Assembly: GCA_022508615.1 (NCBI GenBank)
Contig: JAFLUW010000001.1
Coordinates: forward strand, 10,772 to 69,789
Reading direction: 5' to 3'
Source: Prevotellaceae bacterium
GTDB taxonomy: Bacteria; Bacteroidota; Bacteroidia; Bacteroidales; Bacteroidaceae
DNA: 59,018 nucleotides
The notes below the pieces were generated by a model. That model saw nothing but the letters and a program-made list of their open reading frames with translations, did not search any database and was not told where the DNA came from. Shown here piece by piece: positions 19,186 through 29,534 of the stretch (the first letter of the stretch is position 1; each line of letters opens with the position of its first letter). The position numbers and the translations under genes were made by a program.

Positions 19186-19992
19186 ATGAAAGAAAAACTG
19201 ACAATCGTGAAAGTGGGCGGAAAGATTGTGGAAGAATCCGCCTCGCTCGGCCGTCTCGTCTCCTGCTTCGGCCGCATGGACGGCCTGAGGCTGCTCGTGC
19301 ACGGCGGAGGCCGCACGGCCACCGAGACGGCGGCCCGTCTCGGCATAGCCACGCAGATGATCGACGGCCGGCGTGTGACCGACGCGCCGATGCTCGAAGT
19401 CGTCACGATGGTCTACGGCGGATTGGTCAACAAACGCGTCGTAGCCTTGCTCGAAGCCGAGGGCCTTTGCGCGCTCGGCTTGACGGGCGCCGACATGGGC
19501 CTGATCCGTTCGCGACGGCGCCCCGTTCGCGACGGCGTGGACTACGGATTCGTGGGCGATGTCGGCGCCGTCGACGCAAACCGTCTGGCTTCGCTCCTGC
19601 AAACGGGCGTCACGCCCGTCGTGGCGCCCCTGACGCTGGGCGAAGGCGGCCAGCTGCTCAACACGAACGCCGACACGATGGCGTCGGCTCTGGCCTGCGC
19701 GCTGGCGCTGCTGTTCGACGTGACGCTGGTCTACTGTTTCGAGCACGCCGGCGTGCTGCGCGACCCGTCCGATGCGCAAAGCGTAATCCCGACCATCACG
19801 CCCGAAAGTTTTGCAGCTCTTCGCCGCGACGGCATCGTCTCGGGCGGCATGATTCCCAAGATAGAAAACGCCCTTGCGGCCGTCGGGCGCGGCGTCGGGC
19901 GCGTGGTCATCACCTCGGCGGCCCGTCCCGACGGAAATTCGGGCACATCGATTGTCGCTGATTTGCAGGGCGAAAAACTTAGTCTGAGTTAG
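19186..19992 (+). CDS. argB: Acetylglutamate kinase
   Basis: IVKVGG, VHGGG, GRRVTD, LLNTNAD, SGGMIPK; stop codon lies inside a 21-bp repeat unit. Confidence 0.93.
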   Translation: MKEKLTIVKVGGKIVEESASLGRLVSCFGRMDGLRLLVHGGGRTATETAARLGIATQMIDGRRVTDAPMLEVVTMVYGGLVNKRVVALLEAEGLCALGLTGADMGLIRSRRRPVRDGVDYGFVGDVGAVDANRLASLLQTGVTPVVAPLTLGEGGQLLNTNADTMASALACALALLFDVTLVYCFEHAGVLRDPSDAQSVIPTITPESFAALRRDGIVSGGMIPKIENALAAVGRGVGRVVITSAARPDGNSGTSIVADLQGEKLSLS

Positions 19993-20037
19993 TTCGAACT
20001 ATCTCAGACTAAGTTGAAACTTACTCAGACTAAGTTT
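19975..20037. repeat. 21-bp unit array, 3 units (F,R,R)
   Basis: AAACTTAGTCTGAGTTAGTTC / GAACTATCTCAGACTAAGTTG / AAACTTACTCAGACTAAGTTT. Confidence 0.95.
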
Positions 20038-20076
20038 TCACTAACGCAAGACTTTTTTCTACTACCCCAGAAAACG

Positions 20077-21315
20077 ATGCAAACCCTCGAAGTCATGGCG
20101 CCCGCAGGCAGCCGCGAGAGCCTCGCCGCGGCCCTGAAAGCCGGCGCCGACAGCATATATTTCGGCATCGAGGCGCTCAACATGCGCGCACACTCGGCTT
20201 CGCGCTTCACGACGGCCGACCTCGCCGAAATCGCCGCCCTTTGCGCCGCACGAGGCGTGAAGTCCTATCTCACGGTCAATACGATTATCTACGACAACGA
20301 CCTCGACTTGATGCGAACCATCTGTCGGGCGGCGCGCAAAGCCGGCATCTCGGCCGTCATCGCCTCGGACGTGAGCGTGATGGCCTATTGCTGCGAAATA
20401 GGCTTCGAAGTGCACCTCTCCACGCAACTCAACATCTCGAACATCGAGGCCCTGCGCTTCTACGCCCGCTTTGCTGACGTCGTCGTGCTGGCCCGCGAAC
20501 TCACGCTCGACCAAGTCGAGGCCATTCACACGGCCATCGTGCGCGAAAACATCTGTGGCCCGGGCGGCCGGCCCGTGCGCATCGAGATGTTCTGCCACGG
20601 CGCGCTGTGCATGGCTGTGAGCGGCAAGTGCTATCTCTCGCTCGACAACATGGGACGCTCGGCCAATCGCGGCGAGTGCATGCAAGTGTGCCGCCGGGCC
20701 TACACCGTGCGCGACCGCGAGACGGGCGTCGAGCTCGATGTCGAGAACAAATACATCATGAGCCCGAAGGATTTGAAAACCATCGGCTTCGTCGACCGCA
20801 TGGCCCGCGCCGGCGTGAGCGTATTCAAGATAGAGGGGCGCGCACGGCCGGCCGAGTACGTCTCGACCGTCACTTCGTGCTACCGCGAAGCCCTTGCCGC
20901 CGTGGCCGACGGCACGTTCTCGCCCCGAATGGTCGAGGCGTGGGACGCCCGGCTGCGCACAGTTTTCAATCGCGGCTTCTGGGACGGCTATTACTTGGGC
21001 CAACGCCTCGGCGAGTGGAGCGAAAACTACGGTTCGAGCGCTACGGAGCGCAAAGTCTACGTGGGCCGCGGCACGAAGTATTTCTCGCGGCTCGGCGTCG
21101 GCGAGTTCTATCTCGAAGCCGGGGGCATAGCGCGCGGCGACCGCCTGCTCGTGGTCGGCCCCACCACGGGAGCGCTCTACATCGAGGCCACGGAAATCCA
21201 CGGCGACCACGGGCCGCAGCCTTCGGCCGCGAAAGGCGAGAACATCGCCCTGCCCGTGCCCGAAAAGATACGCCCGAGCGACAAACTCTACCGCATCGTT
21301 CCCGCCGAACGCTGA
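20077..21315 (+). CDS. Peptidase U32-family protein (Fe-S RNA hydroxylation type)
   Basis: EVMAPAGS, GADSIYFG, HGALCMAVSGKC, NRGECMQVCR, FKIEGR. Confidence 0.9.
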   Translation: MQTLEVMAPAGSRESLAAALKAGADSIYFGIEALNMRAHSASRFTTADLAEIAALCAARGVKSYLTVNTIIYDNDLDLMRTICRAARKAGISAVIASDVSVMAYCCEIGFEVHLSTQLNISNIEALRFYARFADVVVLARELTLDQVEAIHTAIVRENICGPGGRPVRIEMFCHGALCMAVSGKCYLSLDNMGRSANRGECMQVCRRAYTVRDRETGVELDVENKYIMSPKDLKTIGFVDRMARAGVSVFKIEGRARPAEYVSTVTSCYREALAAVADGTFSPRMVEAWDARLRTVFNRGFWDGYYLGQRLGEWSENYGSSATERKVYVGRGTKYFSRLGVGEFYLEAGGIARGDRLLVVGPTTGALYIEATEIHGDHGPQPSAAKGENIALPVPEKIRPSDKLYRIVPAER

Positions 21316-21380
21316 GCAAGCGGCGGCTTACCCCATATTTATATATACTTCCCCATATTTAATATATACCGACTGCGACA

Positions 21381-22010
21381 ATGGAACTACTTTTCGACAT
21401 GGGCGGCGTGCTTATCGACCTCGACATGCCCGGTTGCGTGGAGCGTTTCCGCGCATTGGGCTTCGACATCGCGCCCTATCTCGATACTTTCGCCCAGCGC
21501 GGCTTTCTCTCCGACTTCGAAAGCGGAAAAATCTCGACCGACGAGTTTTTCGACACGATAGACCGCCTCGGCGGGCGCCGATTCGACCGAAACGAACTGC
21601 GAACGGCTTGGCGCGCCATGCTCAAAGCCATGCCGCGCGAACGCATCGAGCTGCTCGTGCGCGCAAGCCGCCACTACGGCATACATTTGCTGAGCAACAC
21701 CAATCCGTTGGGCTGGAACTCGGCACTCGAACTCTTCGACGCGCTCGGCTATCGGCCCGACGAACTCTTCGGCCGCATCTTCCTCTCTTTCGAGTTAGGT
21801 ATCGAGAAACCCGCGCCCGCCATTTTCCAAAAAGTCGTGGCCGACCTCGGCTGTGCGCCCGCAGACATTCTCTTTTTCGACGACTCCGCGACCAATTGTG
21901 CGGCTGCCCGAGGCCAAGGTCTGCGTGCCGTGCAGGCAGGCTTGGACGGCGCGTGGACAAACTGCTTCGACGCCGACGGACGTCTCGTCGAACCCATACC
22001 CGAAGCCTGA
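21381..22010 (+). CDS. HAD-family phosphatase (YihX-like)
   Basis: FDMGGVL, LLSNTN, KPAPAIF, FFDD. Confidence 0.88.
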   Translation: MELLFDMGGVLIDLDMPGCVERFRALGFDIAPYLDTFAQRGFLSDFESGKISTDEFFDTIDRLGGRRFDRNELRTAWRAMLKAMPRERIELLVRASRHYGIHLLSNTNPLGWNSALELFDALGYRPDELFGRIFLSFELGIEKPAPAIFQKVVADLGCAPADILFFDDSATNCAAARGQGLRAVQAGLDGAWTNCFDADGRLVEPIPEA

Positions 22011-22909
22011 TGGAGCGAAATTGCTGCGTGACAACGGGCATGTTCGACGGCGTACACGCCGGCCACCGCTGCTTGCTGCGCCAATTGCGCGACGAAGCGG
22101 CGCGTCGCGGCCTGTCGGCCGTGGTCGTCACCTTTGCACGCCACCCCAAAGCCGTCCTTTCGCCCGATTTCCGCCCCCGGCTGCTCACTACGCCCGAGGA
22201 AAAGGCCGACTTGCTCCGCGCCGAGGGCGTCGAACGCGTCGTTACGCTCGACTTCACGCCGCAAATGGCCGCGCTCACGGCCCGCAGGTTCATGCAAGAA
22301 GTGCTTGCTCCGCTCGGGGCGCGCGTTCTCGTCGCGGGCTACGACCATCGTTTCGGCCATGCCCGCGCCGAGGGGTTTTCGGACTATGTCGCTTACGGCA
22401 AAGACTTGGGAATCGACGTCGTTCAGGCCGTCGAGCTCGACAGTCCCGCGCATGTCAGTTCGTCCGTCGTGCGCCGTTTGCTTTCGGCGGGCGATGTTTC
22501 CGCCGCCGCGCGGCTTTTGGAGCGCCCGTACCGGCTTGCGGGGCGCGTAGTGCCGGGGCGGAAGCAGGGACGCCTGCTCGGTTTCCCCACGGCCAACCTT
22601 TGTCCGCCGGCCGACAAACTTGTTCCCGCCTTGGGCGTATATGCCTGCCGCGCCGAGGCCGCCGGGCGCCTTTGGCCGGCCATGGTGAACATCGGACGCC
22701 GCCCTACGCTCGACAATGGCCGAGATGTGAGCGTCGAAGCCCATCTGCTCGGCTATCCGGCGAGCGAAGCAGGCGAACTCTACGGCGAAACCGTCGCGTT
22801 GCACTTCGTCGACCGCCTGCGCGACGAACATCGTTTCCCCTCGACCGCGGCTTTGTGCGCGCAACTGGCCGACGACGCCGCGCAAGTCCGACAGATTTTG
22901 TCCTTATGA
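22010..22909 (+). CDS. ribF: Bifunctional riboflavin kinase/FAD synthetase
   Basis: GMFDGVHAGH, GYDHRFG, VSSS, LGFPTAN, NIGRRPT, VEAHL. Confidence 0.95.
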   Translation: MERNCCVTTGMFDGVHAGHRCLLRQLRDEAARRGLSAVVVTFARHPKAVLSPDFRPRLLTTPEEKADLLRAEGVERVVTLDFTPQMAALTARRFMQEVLAPLGARVLVAGYDHRFGHARAEGFSDYVAYGKDLGIDVVQAVELDSPAHVSSSVVRRLLSAGDVSAAARLLERPYRLAGRVVPGRKQGRLLGFPTANLCPPADKLVPALGVYACRAEAAGRLWPAMVNIGRRPTLDNGRDVSVEAHLLGYPASEAGELYGETVALHFVDRLRDEHRFPSTAALCAQLADDAAQVRQILSL

Positions 22910-23652
22910 ACCGCGCCGCAAGCTTTCTCCTGCTCTTTTTTTTCGTACAACTCGCCGGCGGCGCGCTTGCCGCCCGATGGTGGCCCGAAGGCGGCGATGA
23001 GGCGCTGACACGCACCATGCTCGCCGCCGAAACGGCCGCGCTGGCCGCGACAGCCTTGTTTTGCGCCGTGCGCAAACGTGTTTCGTGGCTGCCGGCCGAC
23101 GATTTCAGCGTTTTTTCTCCCGTTAAATGCGGCGATGCAGCCGCTTTGCTCGGCTTGGTGCTGACATTGAGCATCGGGACGGCCTGCGTGTTGCAGCCGT
23201 TCGGCCTCGACGACGGCGGCTCGACGCTTCGTTTCGCCGCGCTGGCCCGACGGTGGGAAGCCGCGCTGCTTTTTTGCGTCGCGGGCCCCGTGTTCGAAGA
23301 AGTCGTGTTCCGCTACGGCCTCGCCGACGGCCTTTGCCGCGCACTGAGGAGCGAAAAGCGCGCCGTCGTGCTGAGTGCCGCCGTGTTCGGCGCGGTGCAT
23401 TTGAACTGGCTGCAAGGCTTTTCGGCCTTTGTCATGGGTTGCGCTTTCGGCGCGCTCTATTTCGGCCGCCGCTCGCTGCTTTTGCCCGTGGCGGCCCACA
23501 TTTTGTGCAACACATTGGCCTTCGCCTCGCTGCGCTATCCCGCTGCCGAGGCCTCGGCGGCCGCTTTGCCCGGCCTGCTGCTCGCCGGCGTCGGCCTTGC
23601 GCTCTGCGCGGCATCGGCCGCAGGGCTTTACAAAAAACTTTCTCAGCGATGA
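22906..23652 (+). CDS. CPBP (Abi/CAAX) intramembrane metalloprotease
   Basis: GPVFEEVVFR, FGAVH, AHILCN; hydrophobic. Confidence 0.88.
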   Translation: MNRAASFLLLFFFVQLAGGALAARWWPEGGDEALTRTMLAAETAALAATALFCAVRKRVSWLPADDFSVFSPVKCGDAAALLGLVLTLSIGTACVLQPFGLDDGGSTLRFAALARRWEAALLFCVAGPVFEEVVFRYGLADGLCRALRSEKRAVVLSAAVFGAVHLNWLQGFSAFVMGCAFGALYFGRRSLLLPVAAHILCNTLAFASLRYPAAEASAAALPGLLLAGVGLALCAASAAGLYKKLSQR

Positions 23653-24683
23653 AAATCGGAAATATCGACTTGGGGCCGCGCCCCGTGCTTTTGGCGCCGA
23701 TGGAAGATGTGACGGACATCGGTTTCCGCCTGCTTTGCCGCCGTCTCGGCGCTTCGATGGTCTATTCCGAGTTCGTAGCCGCCGACGCCCTTGTCCGAAT
23801 GGTGAACAAGAGCCTCGAAAAACTCACCGTCTGCGACGCCGAGCGCCCCGTGGCCATACAAATCTACGGCAAAGACCCCGCAGCCTGCCGCGACGCGGCG
23901 CAAATCGTGGTCGAGCGCGCTCGTCCCGATGTGTTGGACTTGAATTTCGGCTGCCCCGTCAAGCGTGTAGCCGGCAAAGGCTCTGGCGCGGGGCTTTTGC
24001 AGGACGTGCCGCGCATGTTGTCCATCGTCAGGGCCGTGGTCGAGGCCGTCGATGTGCCCGTCACCTGCAAAACGCGCCTCGGTTGGGACGCTTCGAGCCT
24101 CATTATCGAGGATTTGGCCGAGCAACTGCAAGATGAGGGCATCGCGGCCCTCACTATTCACGGCCGCACGCGGGCACAGATGTACACAGGCCGCGCCGAC
24201 TGGGCGTTAATCGGCGCCGTGCGCCGCAATCCCCGCATGCGCATTCCCATAATCGGCAACGGCGACATCGCCTCGGCCGACGACGCCGAGCAAGCCTTTC
24301 AACGCTACGCCGTCGACGCGATTATGGTGGGCCGGGCCACATTCGGGCGCCCGTGGATTTTCAAAGAAATCCGCGACCGGCTCGACGGCCGGCCCTTCGC
24401 GGTAGACGGCGTCGTCGACAGCCCGCATGCGCCCATGTCGCCCGAATGGAAGGTCGATGTGCTCGCCGAACAGGTGCGCCAAAGCGTGGCGCGCATCGAC
24501 GAACGCCGCGGCATTCTCCACTCGCGCCGCCATTTGGCCGCCTCGCCGCTGTTCAAGGGTATCCCCGACTTTCGTCAGACGCGCATCGACATGCTTCGCG
24601 CCGAAACGATGGCCGACCTCTCGGTCGTCATGGCCCGTGCGCGCCGCATGTTGCTCGATTTTTTGGCCGAAAAAGGGGCTTAG
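23649..24683 (+). CDS. dusB: tRNA-dihydrouridine synthase B
   Basis: LAPMEDVTD, DLNFGCP, IHGRT, GNGDI, MVGR. Confidence 0.93.
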   Translation: MKIGNIDLGPRPVLLAPMEDVTDIGFRLLCRRLGASMVYSEFVAADALVRMVNKSLEKLTVCDAERPVAIQIYGKDPAACRDAAQIVVERARPDVLDLNFGCPVKRVAGKGSGAGLLQDVPRMLSIVRAVVEAVDVPVTCKTRLGWDASSLIIEDLAEQLQDEGIAALTIHGRTRAQMYTGRADWALIGAVRRNPRMRIPIIGNGDIASADDAEQAFQRYAVDAIMVGRATFGRPWIFKEIRDRLDGRPFAVDGVVDSPHAPMSPEWKVDVLAEQVRQSVARIDERRGILHSRRHLAASPLFKGIPDFRQTRIDMLRAETMADLSVVMARARRMLLDFLAEKGA

Positions 24684-24706
24684 TTTTCAGTTGTTTACGA
24701 TAGGCA

Positions 24707-24748
24707 AAACTTTCTCAGACTAAGTTTGAACTTACTCAGAGATAGTTT
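24707..24748. repeat. 21-bp unit array, 2 units (R,R)
   Basis: AAACTTTCTCAGACTAAGTTT / GAACTTACTCAGAGATAGTTT between convergent genes. Confidence 0.9.
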
Positions 24749-24812
24749 TGCGTAACGCGGCGTTACGTTTTTCCGCCGCGCGTAGCGGTGCGGTTTCGGC
24801 CGCTTTTTTTGT

Positions 24813-25346
24813 TCACTTTTCCCCGATTGCCGTCTCGACGAAGCGCGCCACGGCCCGCCGAATGCTGGCGAGGCCGAACGCCTCGGGGCGGACTTCCGAC
24901 AAGGCGAGCCAGACAATTTCGGCAGCGTCGTCGCCGGCCGCGGGCGTAGCGCCTTCGGCAAGGCGCACGCGGAAAAAGGCGTCGCACGTAGGCACCTCCA
25001 TGCCGCCATAGGGATAAACATTCGGCAGCGAAAACAAAAAAACCGCCTCGGCCGCCTCGACGCCCAACTCCTCGCGCAGCTCGCGCGCCAAACCCTCGGT
25101 CAGACCCTCGCCGGGGTCGACAAAGCCGCCCGGAAGGTCGAGCGTGCCGCACGCGGGGGCCTTTGCGCGGCGCACGCACAAGAGTCTTCCCCCGTCATCT
25201 AGGATAAAAGCGGCCGTCGAGGCCGACGCGTTGAGGTAGAACGTGAAGCCGCACGACCGACAGCGCTTCGAGCGCGCGTCGTTCGGCACGAAATCGGCCG
25301 AGCCGCAATGCGGACAGAAGCGGAAGGCGCGAAGCGAAGGGTTCAT
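24813..25346 (-). CDS. NUDIX hydrolase with N-terminal zinc ribbon
   Basis: FCPHCG..CRSCG; Nudix box GGFVDPGEGLTEGLARELREELG. Confidence 0.9.
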   Translation of the reverse strand: MNPSLRAFRFCPHCGSADFVPNDARSKRCRSCGFTFYLNASASTAAFILDDGGRLLCVRRAKAPACGTLDLPGGFVDPGEGLTEGLARELREELGVEAAEAVFLFSLPNVYPYGGMEVPTCDAFFRVRLAEGATPAAGDDAAEIVWLALSEVRPEAFGLASIRRAVARFVETAIGEK

Positions 25347-25364
25347 GCGGAAAAACAGGAAAAA

Positions 25365-26597
25365 TCAGACATAAATGAGCGCCGAGAGGCCTTCGGGCGA
25401 AAGGTAGCGCGCGGCCGCGGCCTGCAATTCGGCCGCCGTGACGCGCTCAACGGCCGCCGAGAGCGCGTCGACATCGTAGAGCCGGCCGTAGCGGGCATAC
25501 GTTTTGCCCAAAGCCAGCGCATAACTCTCGCGATGCTCGCGGGCGATGCCCATCTGGCCGATAAGTTGGCGCTTGGCGGCCGCAAGCGTGCGTTCGCCCA
25601 GCGGTGCGTCGGTGAGCCGGCGCAATTCGCGGCAAACAATGCGGCGACAGCGCTCCACATCGCCCTTGTCGCAGCCGAAATATACGCCCCACAAGCCTGC
25701 ATCGGGGTAGGTCGACAGAAAAGAGTCGGCCGAATAGACCAGCCCGGCCCGTTCGCGCAGCGCAGTGTTGAGACGCGAACTCATAGCCGGCCCGCCCAGC
25801 AGATTGTTGAGCAGCAACAGGGCGGGGCGTTCGGCCGAATCGCCGCCTGCCGTGCGTGCGCCCATCACGACGTAGGCTTGGTGCGTGCCGCGCTCCACTT
25901 TTTTTATTTCGATGCCGGGCTGCGGCAGCGCGGGCAGGGCTTCGCCGGGCGCATCGGGCGCCGATTCGGCCCTTGTCGAAGCGCTTACGGCCCTTTCCAC
26001 GCGGCGCGCAATCTCGTCGGCGCCGATGTCGCCCACAACGAAGAACGTGCAGCACTCGGGGCGGTAGTAGCGGTCGGCAAAGCGCTCGGCGTCGGCCGTA
26101 GTGTAGGCGCGCAGCCGCTCGGGACGGCCCAAAATGTCGCGACCCAACGGATGCGCGCCGAAAATCATGGCCTCGAACTCGTCGAAAATGAGTTCGGAGG
26201 GCGTATCGCGGTAACTTTCGATTTCGTCGCAGATGACCTCGATTTCGCGTCCTATTTCGTGCTGCGGATAAGTGGACGAAAAGACAATGTCGCAGAGTAA
26301 GTCGGCCGCAAGCCCGAAGTGCGGGCGCAAAACGGCCGCATGGTAGACCGTTTCCTGCTTTCCCGTGAACGCATTGAGGTCGCCGCCCACACGTTCGAGG
26401 CAGCGATTTACGGCCGCGGCCCGTCGGCGGCGCGTTCCCTTGAACGAGAGGTGCTCGACAAAGTGCGCCATGCCCGAATCTTCGGCCTGTTCGTGCCTTG
26501 TGCCCGCCGAAACGACAATTCCGCAGTAGACTACGGGCGAGTCGCAGCGTTCGTGCACGACATTCACCCCGCAGGGCAAGAGAAAAGCCTGTTTCAT
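25365..26597 (-). CDS. M16-family zinc peptidase
   Basis: GMAHFVEHLSFKGT (HxxEH), LNAFT, LRERAGLVYS. Confidence 0.92.
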   Translation of the reverse strand: MKQAFLLPCGVNVVHERCDSPVVYCGIVVSAGTRHEQAEDSGMAHFVEHLSFKGTRRRRAAAVNRCLERVGGDLNAFTGKQETVYHAAVLRPHFGLAADLLCDIVFSSTYPQHEIGREIEVICDEIESYRDTPSELIFDEFEAMIFGAHPLGRDILGRPERLRAYTTADAERFADRYYRPECCTFFVVGDIGADEIARRVERAVSASTRAESAPDAPGEALPALPQPGIEIKKVERGTHQAYVVMGARTAGGDSAERPALLLLNNLLGGPAMSSRLNTALRERAGLVYSADSFLSTYPDAGLWGVYFGCDKGDVERCRRIVCRELRRLTDAPLGERTLAAAKRQLIGQMGIAREHRESYALALGKTYARYGRLYDVDALSAAVERVTAAELQAAAARYLSPEGLSALIYV

Positions 26598-28036
26598 CGT
26601 TTTGGAAAGTATTTGCCGACTTTCGGCAGGCGCGAGAGCGGAAAGTCGTGGTAGACAATGTGCGCGGCAAAGAGCAATATCAGCCCCGTGTTGAGCGCAA
26701 GGCGCAGGGCTACGCCCGTCCGTTCGCCCCAAAACTGCATCAGGGCGAAGAAAGCGGCCGCAAGCACCGCATAAACCCCTATCTGCCGCAAGGGATAGGC
26801 TATCGGATAGTAGCGACGGCCTGCAAAGTAGCTCAATGTCATGGCTGTGCCGTAGCCGGCCACGCCTGCCCAAGCGCAAGCCATGTATCCGAAGCGCGGA
26901 ATGCCGAAAACATTCACCGATATCAGCACAAGGCAGCCCGCACCCGAAAGCCATGCGCCCCATATCGTGCGGTCGGTCAGTTTATACCAGAACGAGAGGT
27001 TGAAATAGACGCCCATCATGATTTCGGCGGCCATAACGACGGGCACGGCGCGCAATCCCTCCCAATAGTCGGGCGCAATGATATATTTGAGCACATCTAT
27101 CCAGCCCGCCACCGCGAGAAAGGCCAACAGCGTGAAGGCTACGAAATACTTCATGGCCGCGGCGTAGACGGAACGGTTGTCCTCGCGCGCCGAAGCGAAG
27201 ACAAAGGGCTCGTAGGCATAGCGAAAGGCCTGCGTAATCATGGCCATAATCATGGCAACCTTGACGCCGGCGCCGTAGATGCCCAACGCCACGCGCCCTT
27301 CGCGGCCCGGCACGAGCAGAGGATAGGCTATTTTGTCGAAAGTCTGGTTCAAAATGCCCGCCACGCCCAATATGAGTATCGGCCATGCGTAGGAAAGCAT
27401 TTTTTTCAGCAACAAGCGGTCGGGCCGCCCCGCTTCGTACAGCTCTTTGCGGAAAAAAAGCGTGACGACGGCCGTCGTGGCGAGATTTATCGCGAAAACG
27501 TAGAACACATCGCGGCCGTCGAGGACGAGGAAATAGGCCAAGTTGAGCGCAATGTTGAGTACGATGAAAAGCAGTTTGAGTGCCGCGAACTTAACGGCCT
27601 TGCGCCGCAGGCGGAGATAGGCGAAAGGGATACATTGAAAGGCGTCGAGCGCCACGCACACGGCCATTGTCAGCAGATACTCGGGGTGGTCGGCATATCC
27701 GAGGGCGTCGCTTATCGGCCCGAAGGCCATAATCACGCCGAAGACGAAGACGGCGCCCACCGTGCCCACGGCCGCGAGCGCCGTGCCGTAGACGCGCGCC
27801 GCGTTCGCCCCTTCGCGGCTCGCGAAGCGAAAGAAAGCCGTCTCCATGCCGAACGTGAGCAGCACGAGCAGCAGCGCGACATAACTATACACGTTCGTGA
27901 CGATGCCGTAGCCGCCGTCGGCCGCCGCAAGGCGTGAGGTATAGAGCGGCACGAGCAGATAATTGAGAAATCGGCCCACGATGCTCGAAAGTCCGTAGAC
28001 GGCCGTGTCTTTTGCAAGGGATTTAAGTTGCGCCAT
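26594..28036 (-). CDS. Polysaccharide biosynthesis flippase (Wzx/MATE-like)
   Basis: LAKDTAVYGLSSIVGRFLNYLLVPLYT; many TM segments. Confidence 0.88.
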   Translation of the reverse strand: MAQLKSLAKDTAVYGLSSIVGRFLNYLLVPLYTSRLAAADGGYGIVTNVYSYVALLLVLLTFGMETAFFRFASREGANAARVYGTALAAVGTVGAVFVFGVIMAFGPISDALGYADHPEYLLTMAVCVALDAFQCIPFAYLRLRRKAVKFAALKLLFIVLNIALNLAYFLVLDGRDVFYVFAINLATTAVVTLFFRKELYEAGRPDRLLLKKMLSYAWPILILGVAGILNQTFDKIAYPLLVPGREGRVALGIYGAGVKVAMIMAMITQAFRYAYEPFVFASAREDNRSVYAAAMKYFVAFTLLAFLAVAGWIDVLKYIIAPDYWEGLRAVPVVMAAEIMMGVYFNLSFWYKLTDRTIWGAWLSGAGCLVLISVNVFGIPRFGYMACAWAGVAGYGTAMTLSYFAGRRYYPIAYPLRQIGVYAVLAAAFFALMQFWGERTGVALRLALNTGLILLFAAHIVYHDFPLSRLPKVGKYFPKR

Positions 28037-28077
28037 AGGTGCGTAAGGGTGTAGTGTCTGCCGGAAAGCGGAAAATA

Positions 28078-29310
28078 TCAGCCGAAAAAGAAGTAAGCAA
28101 TCAGCACGGCGGCCGCCATACCGGCCAAGTCGGCGGCCAAGCCGCAGCCCACGGCGTGGCGGGTGCGCTTTATGCCCACCGAACCGAAATATACGGCAAG
28201 AACATAGAAGGTCGTGTCGGTCGAACCTTGGAACAGGCAGCTCAGCCGGCCGGCAAACGAGTCGGGGCCGTAGGTCGTCATCGCGTCGACCATCATGCCG
28301 CGCGCCCCGCTCCCGCTGAGCGGCCGCATCAGGGCCGTGGGCAGCGCGCCTGTCCAGTCGGCGGGCAAGCCGGCGGCCTCGACCATTCGGCCGATGCCGT
28401 CTACGAGAAAGTCCATGCCGCCTGCGGCGCGAAACACGCCGATGGCCACGAGTACGGCCACGAGATAGGGAATGATGCGCACGGCCGTGGAGAAACCTTC
28501 TTTGGCTCCCTCGACAAAAGCCTCGTAGCAATTTACTTTTTGCCGCACGCCGGCCACGATAAAGCCCGCAATGAGCGTAAAGAGCAGGACATTGGCCGAA
28601 GTCGTGCCCACCAAGTCCATCATGGCGCCGTCCAAACGCGAAAAGCCCCATATCACGGCGGCCACGAAGAGCGACATGCCGCCCAATGCCAGCAGCAAAG
28701 TGCGGTCGAGCAGATTGATGCGTTGCACGAGACACGTCACCACGATGCCCGCCAGCGTCGAGAAAAACGTAGCCAACAGCAGCGGGACGAAAATATCGGT
28801 GGGCGAGGCGGCGCCCATTTGGGCACGGTAGACCATGATGCCCACGGGCACGAGCGTAAGTCCCGACGTGTTGAGCACGAGAAACATAATCATCGGGTTC
28901 GTGGCCGTGTCTTTTTTCGGATTGAGTTCTTGCAGGCCCTCCATGGCTTTCAGACCGAGCGGCGTGGCCGCATTGTCGAGCCCGAGCAGGTTGGCCGAGA
29001 TGTTCATGAAGATATGGCCTACGACGGGGTGGCCTTTGGGCACATCGGGAAAGAGCCGCGCGAAAACGGGCCCGAGCAAGCGCGCCACAAAGCGGACGAC
29101 GCCGCCCTTTTCGCCGATGCGCATGATGCCGAGCCACAGCGAAAGGGCGCCCGTCAGGCCGATGGAGATGTCGAAGGCCGTGCGAGCCGTGTCGAACGTG
29201 GAGTCGATGATAGCGGGAAACACGTTCGTGTCGCCCAAAACGACGAGACGAAACGCGGCAATGGCGAAAGCCGAGAGAAAGAAAAAAATCCAGATGTAAT
29301 TGAGCACCAT
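28078..29310 (-). CDS. SpmA/SpmB fusion (nucleoside-recognition gate) membrane protein
   Basis: ANLLGLDNAATPLGLKAM, FVEGAKEG, RPLSGSG, GSTDTTFYVLAVYFG. Confidence 0.9.
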   Translation of the reverse strand: MVLNYIWIFFFLSAFAIAAFRLVVLGDTNVFPAIIDSTFDTARTAFDISIGLTGALSLWLGIMRIGEKGGVVRFVARLLGPVFARLFPDVPKGHPVVGHIFMNISANLLGLDNAATPLGLKAMEGLQELNPKKDTATNPMIMFLVLNTSGLTLVPVGIMVYRAQMGAASPTDIFVPLLLATFFSTLAGIVVTCLVQRINLLDRTLLLALGGMSLFVAAVIWGFSRLDGAMMDLVGTTSANVLLFTLIAGFIVAGVRQKVNCYEAFVEGAKEGFSTAVRIIPYLVAVLVAIGVFRAAGGMDFLVDGIGRMVEAAGLPADWTGALPTALMRPLSGSGARGMMVDAMTTYGPDSFAGRLSCLFQGSTDTTFYVLAVYFGSVGIKRTRHAVGCGLAADLAGMAAAVLIAYFFFG

Positions 29311-29399
29311 GGCGGGCGTCGGGTTGGGTGTTTGCGGTTTTTTCCGGCGGCCGGCGGGGCGTTTTCCGCCGTCGGCGCAGCCGGGCTTTGCGGGAGGGT

Positions 29400-29441
29400 A
29401 AACTTAGTCTGAGATAGTTTCAACTTAGTCTGAGTAAGTTT
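29400..29441. repeat. 21-bp unit array, 2 units (F,F)
   Basis: AAACTTAGTCTGAGATAGTTT / CAACTTAGTCTGAGTAAGTTT. Confidence 0.92.
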
Positions 29442-29534
29442 TCGCTATCGTCGGGTTTGTTTTCGTCAGGTCGGAACGACGGCGCAAAAGGCTTGTCCGA
29501 TGCGCTGCCGAGCGGGCGCGCCGGCGGCCTTTCG

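Noticed and set aside
20014-20076. N-terminal extension MKLTQTKF of the U32 protein, and other short ORFs containing KLSLSKF or KLTQTKF
   Set aside because: These are translations of the repeat array; the family-like sequence begins at ATG 20077.
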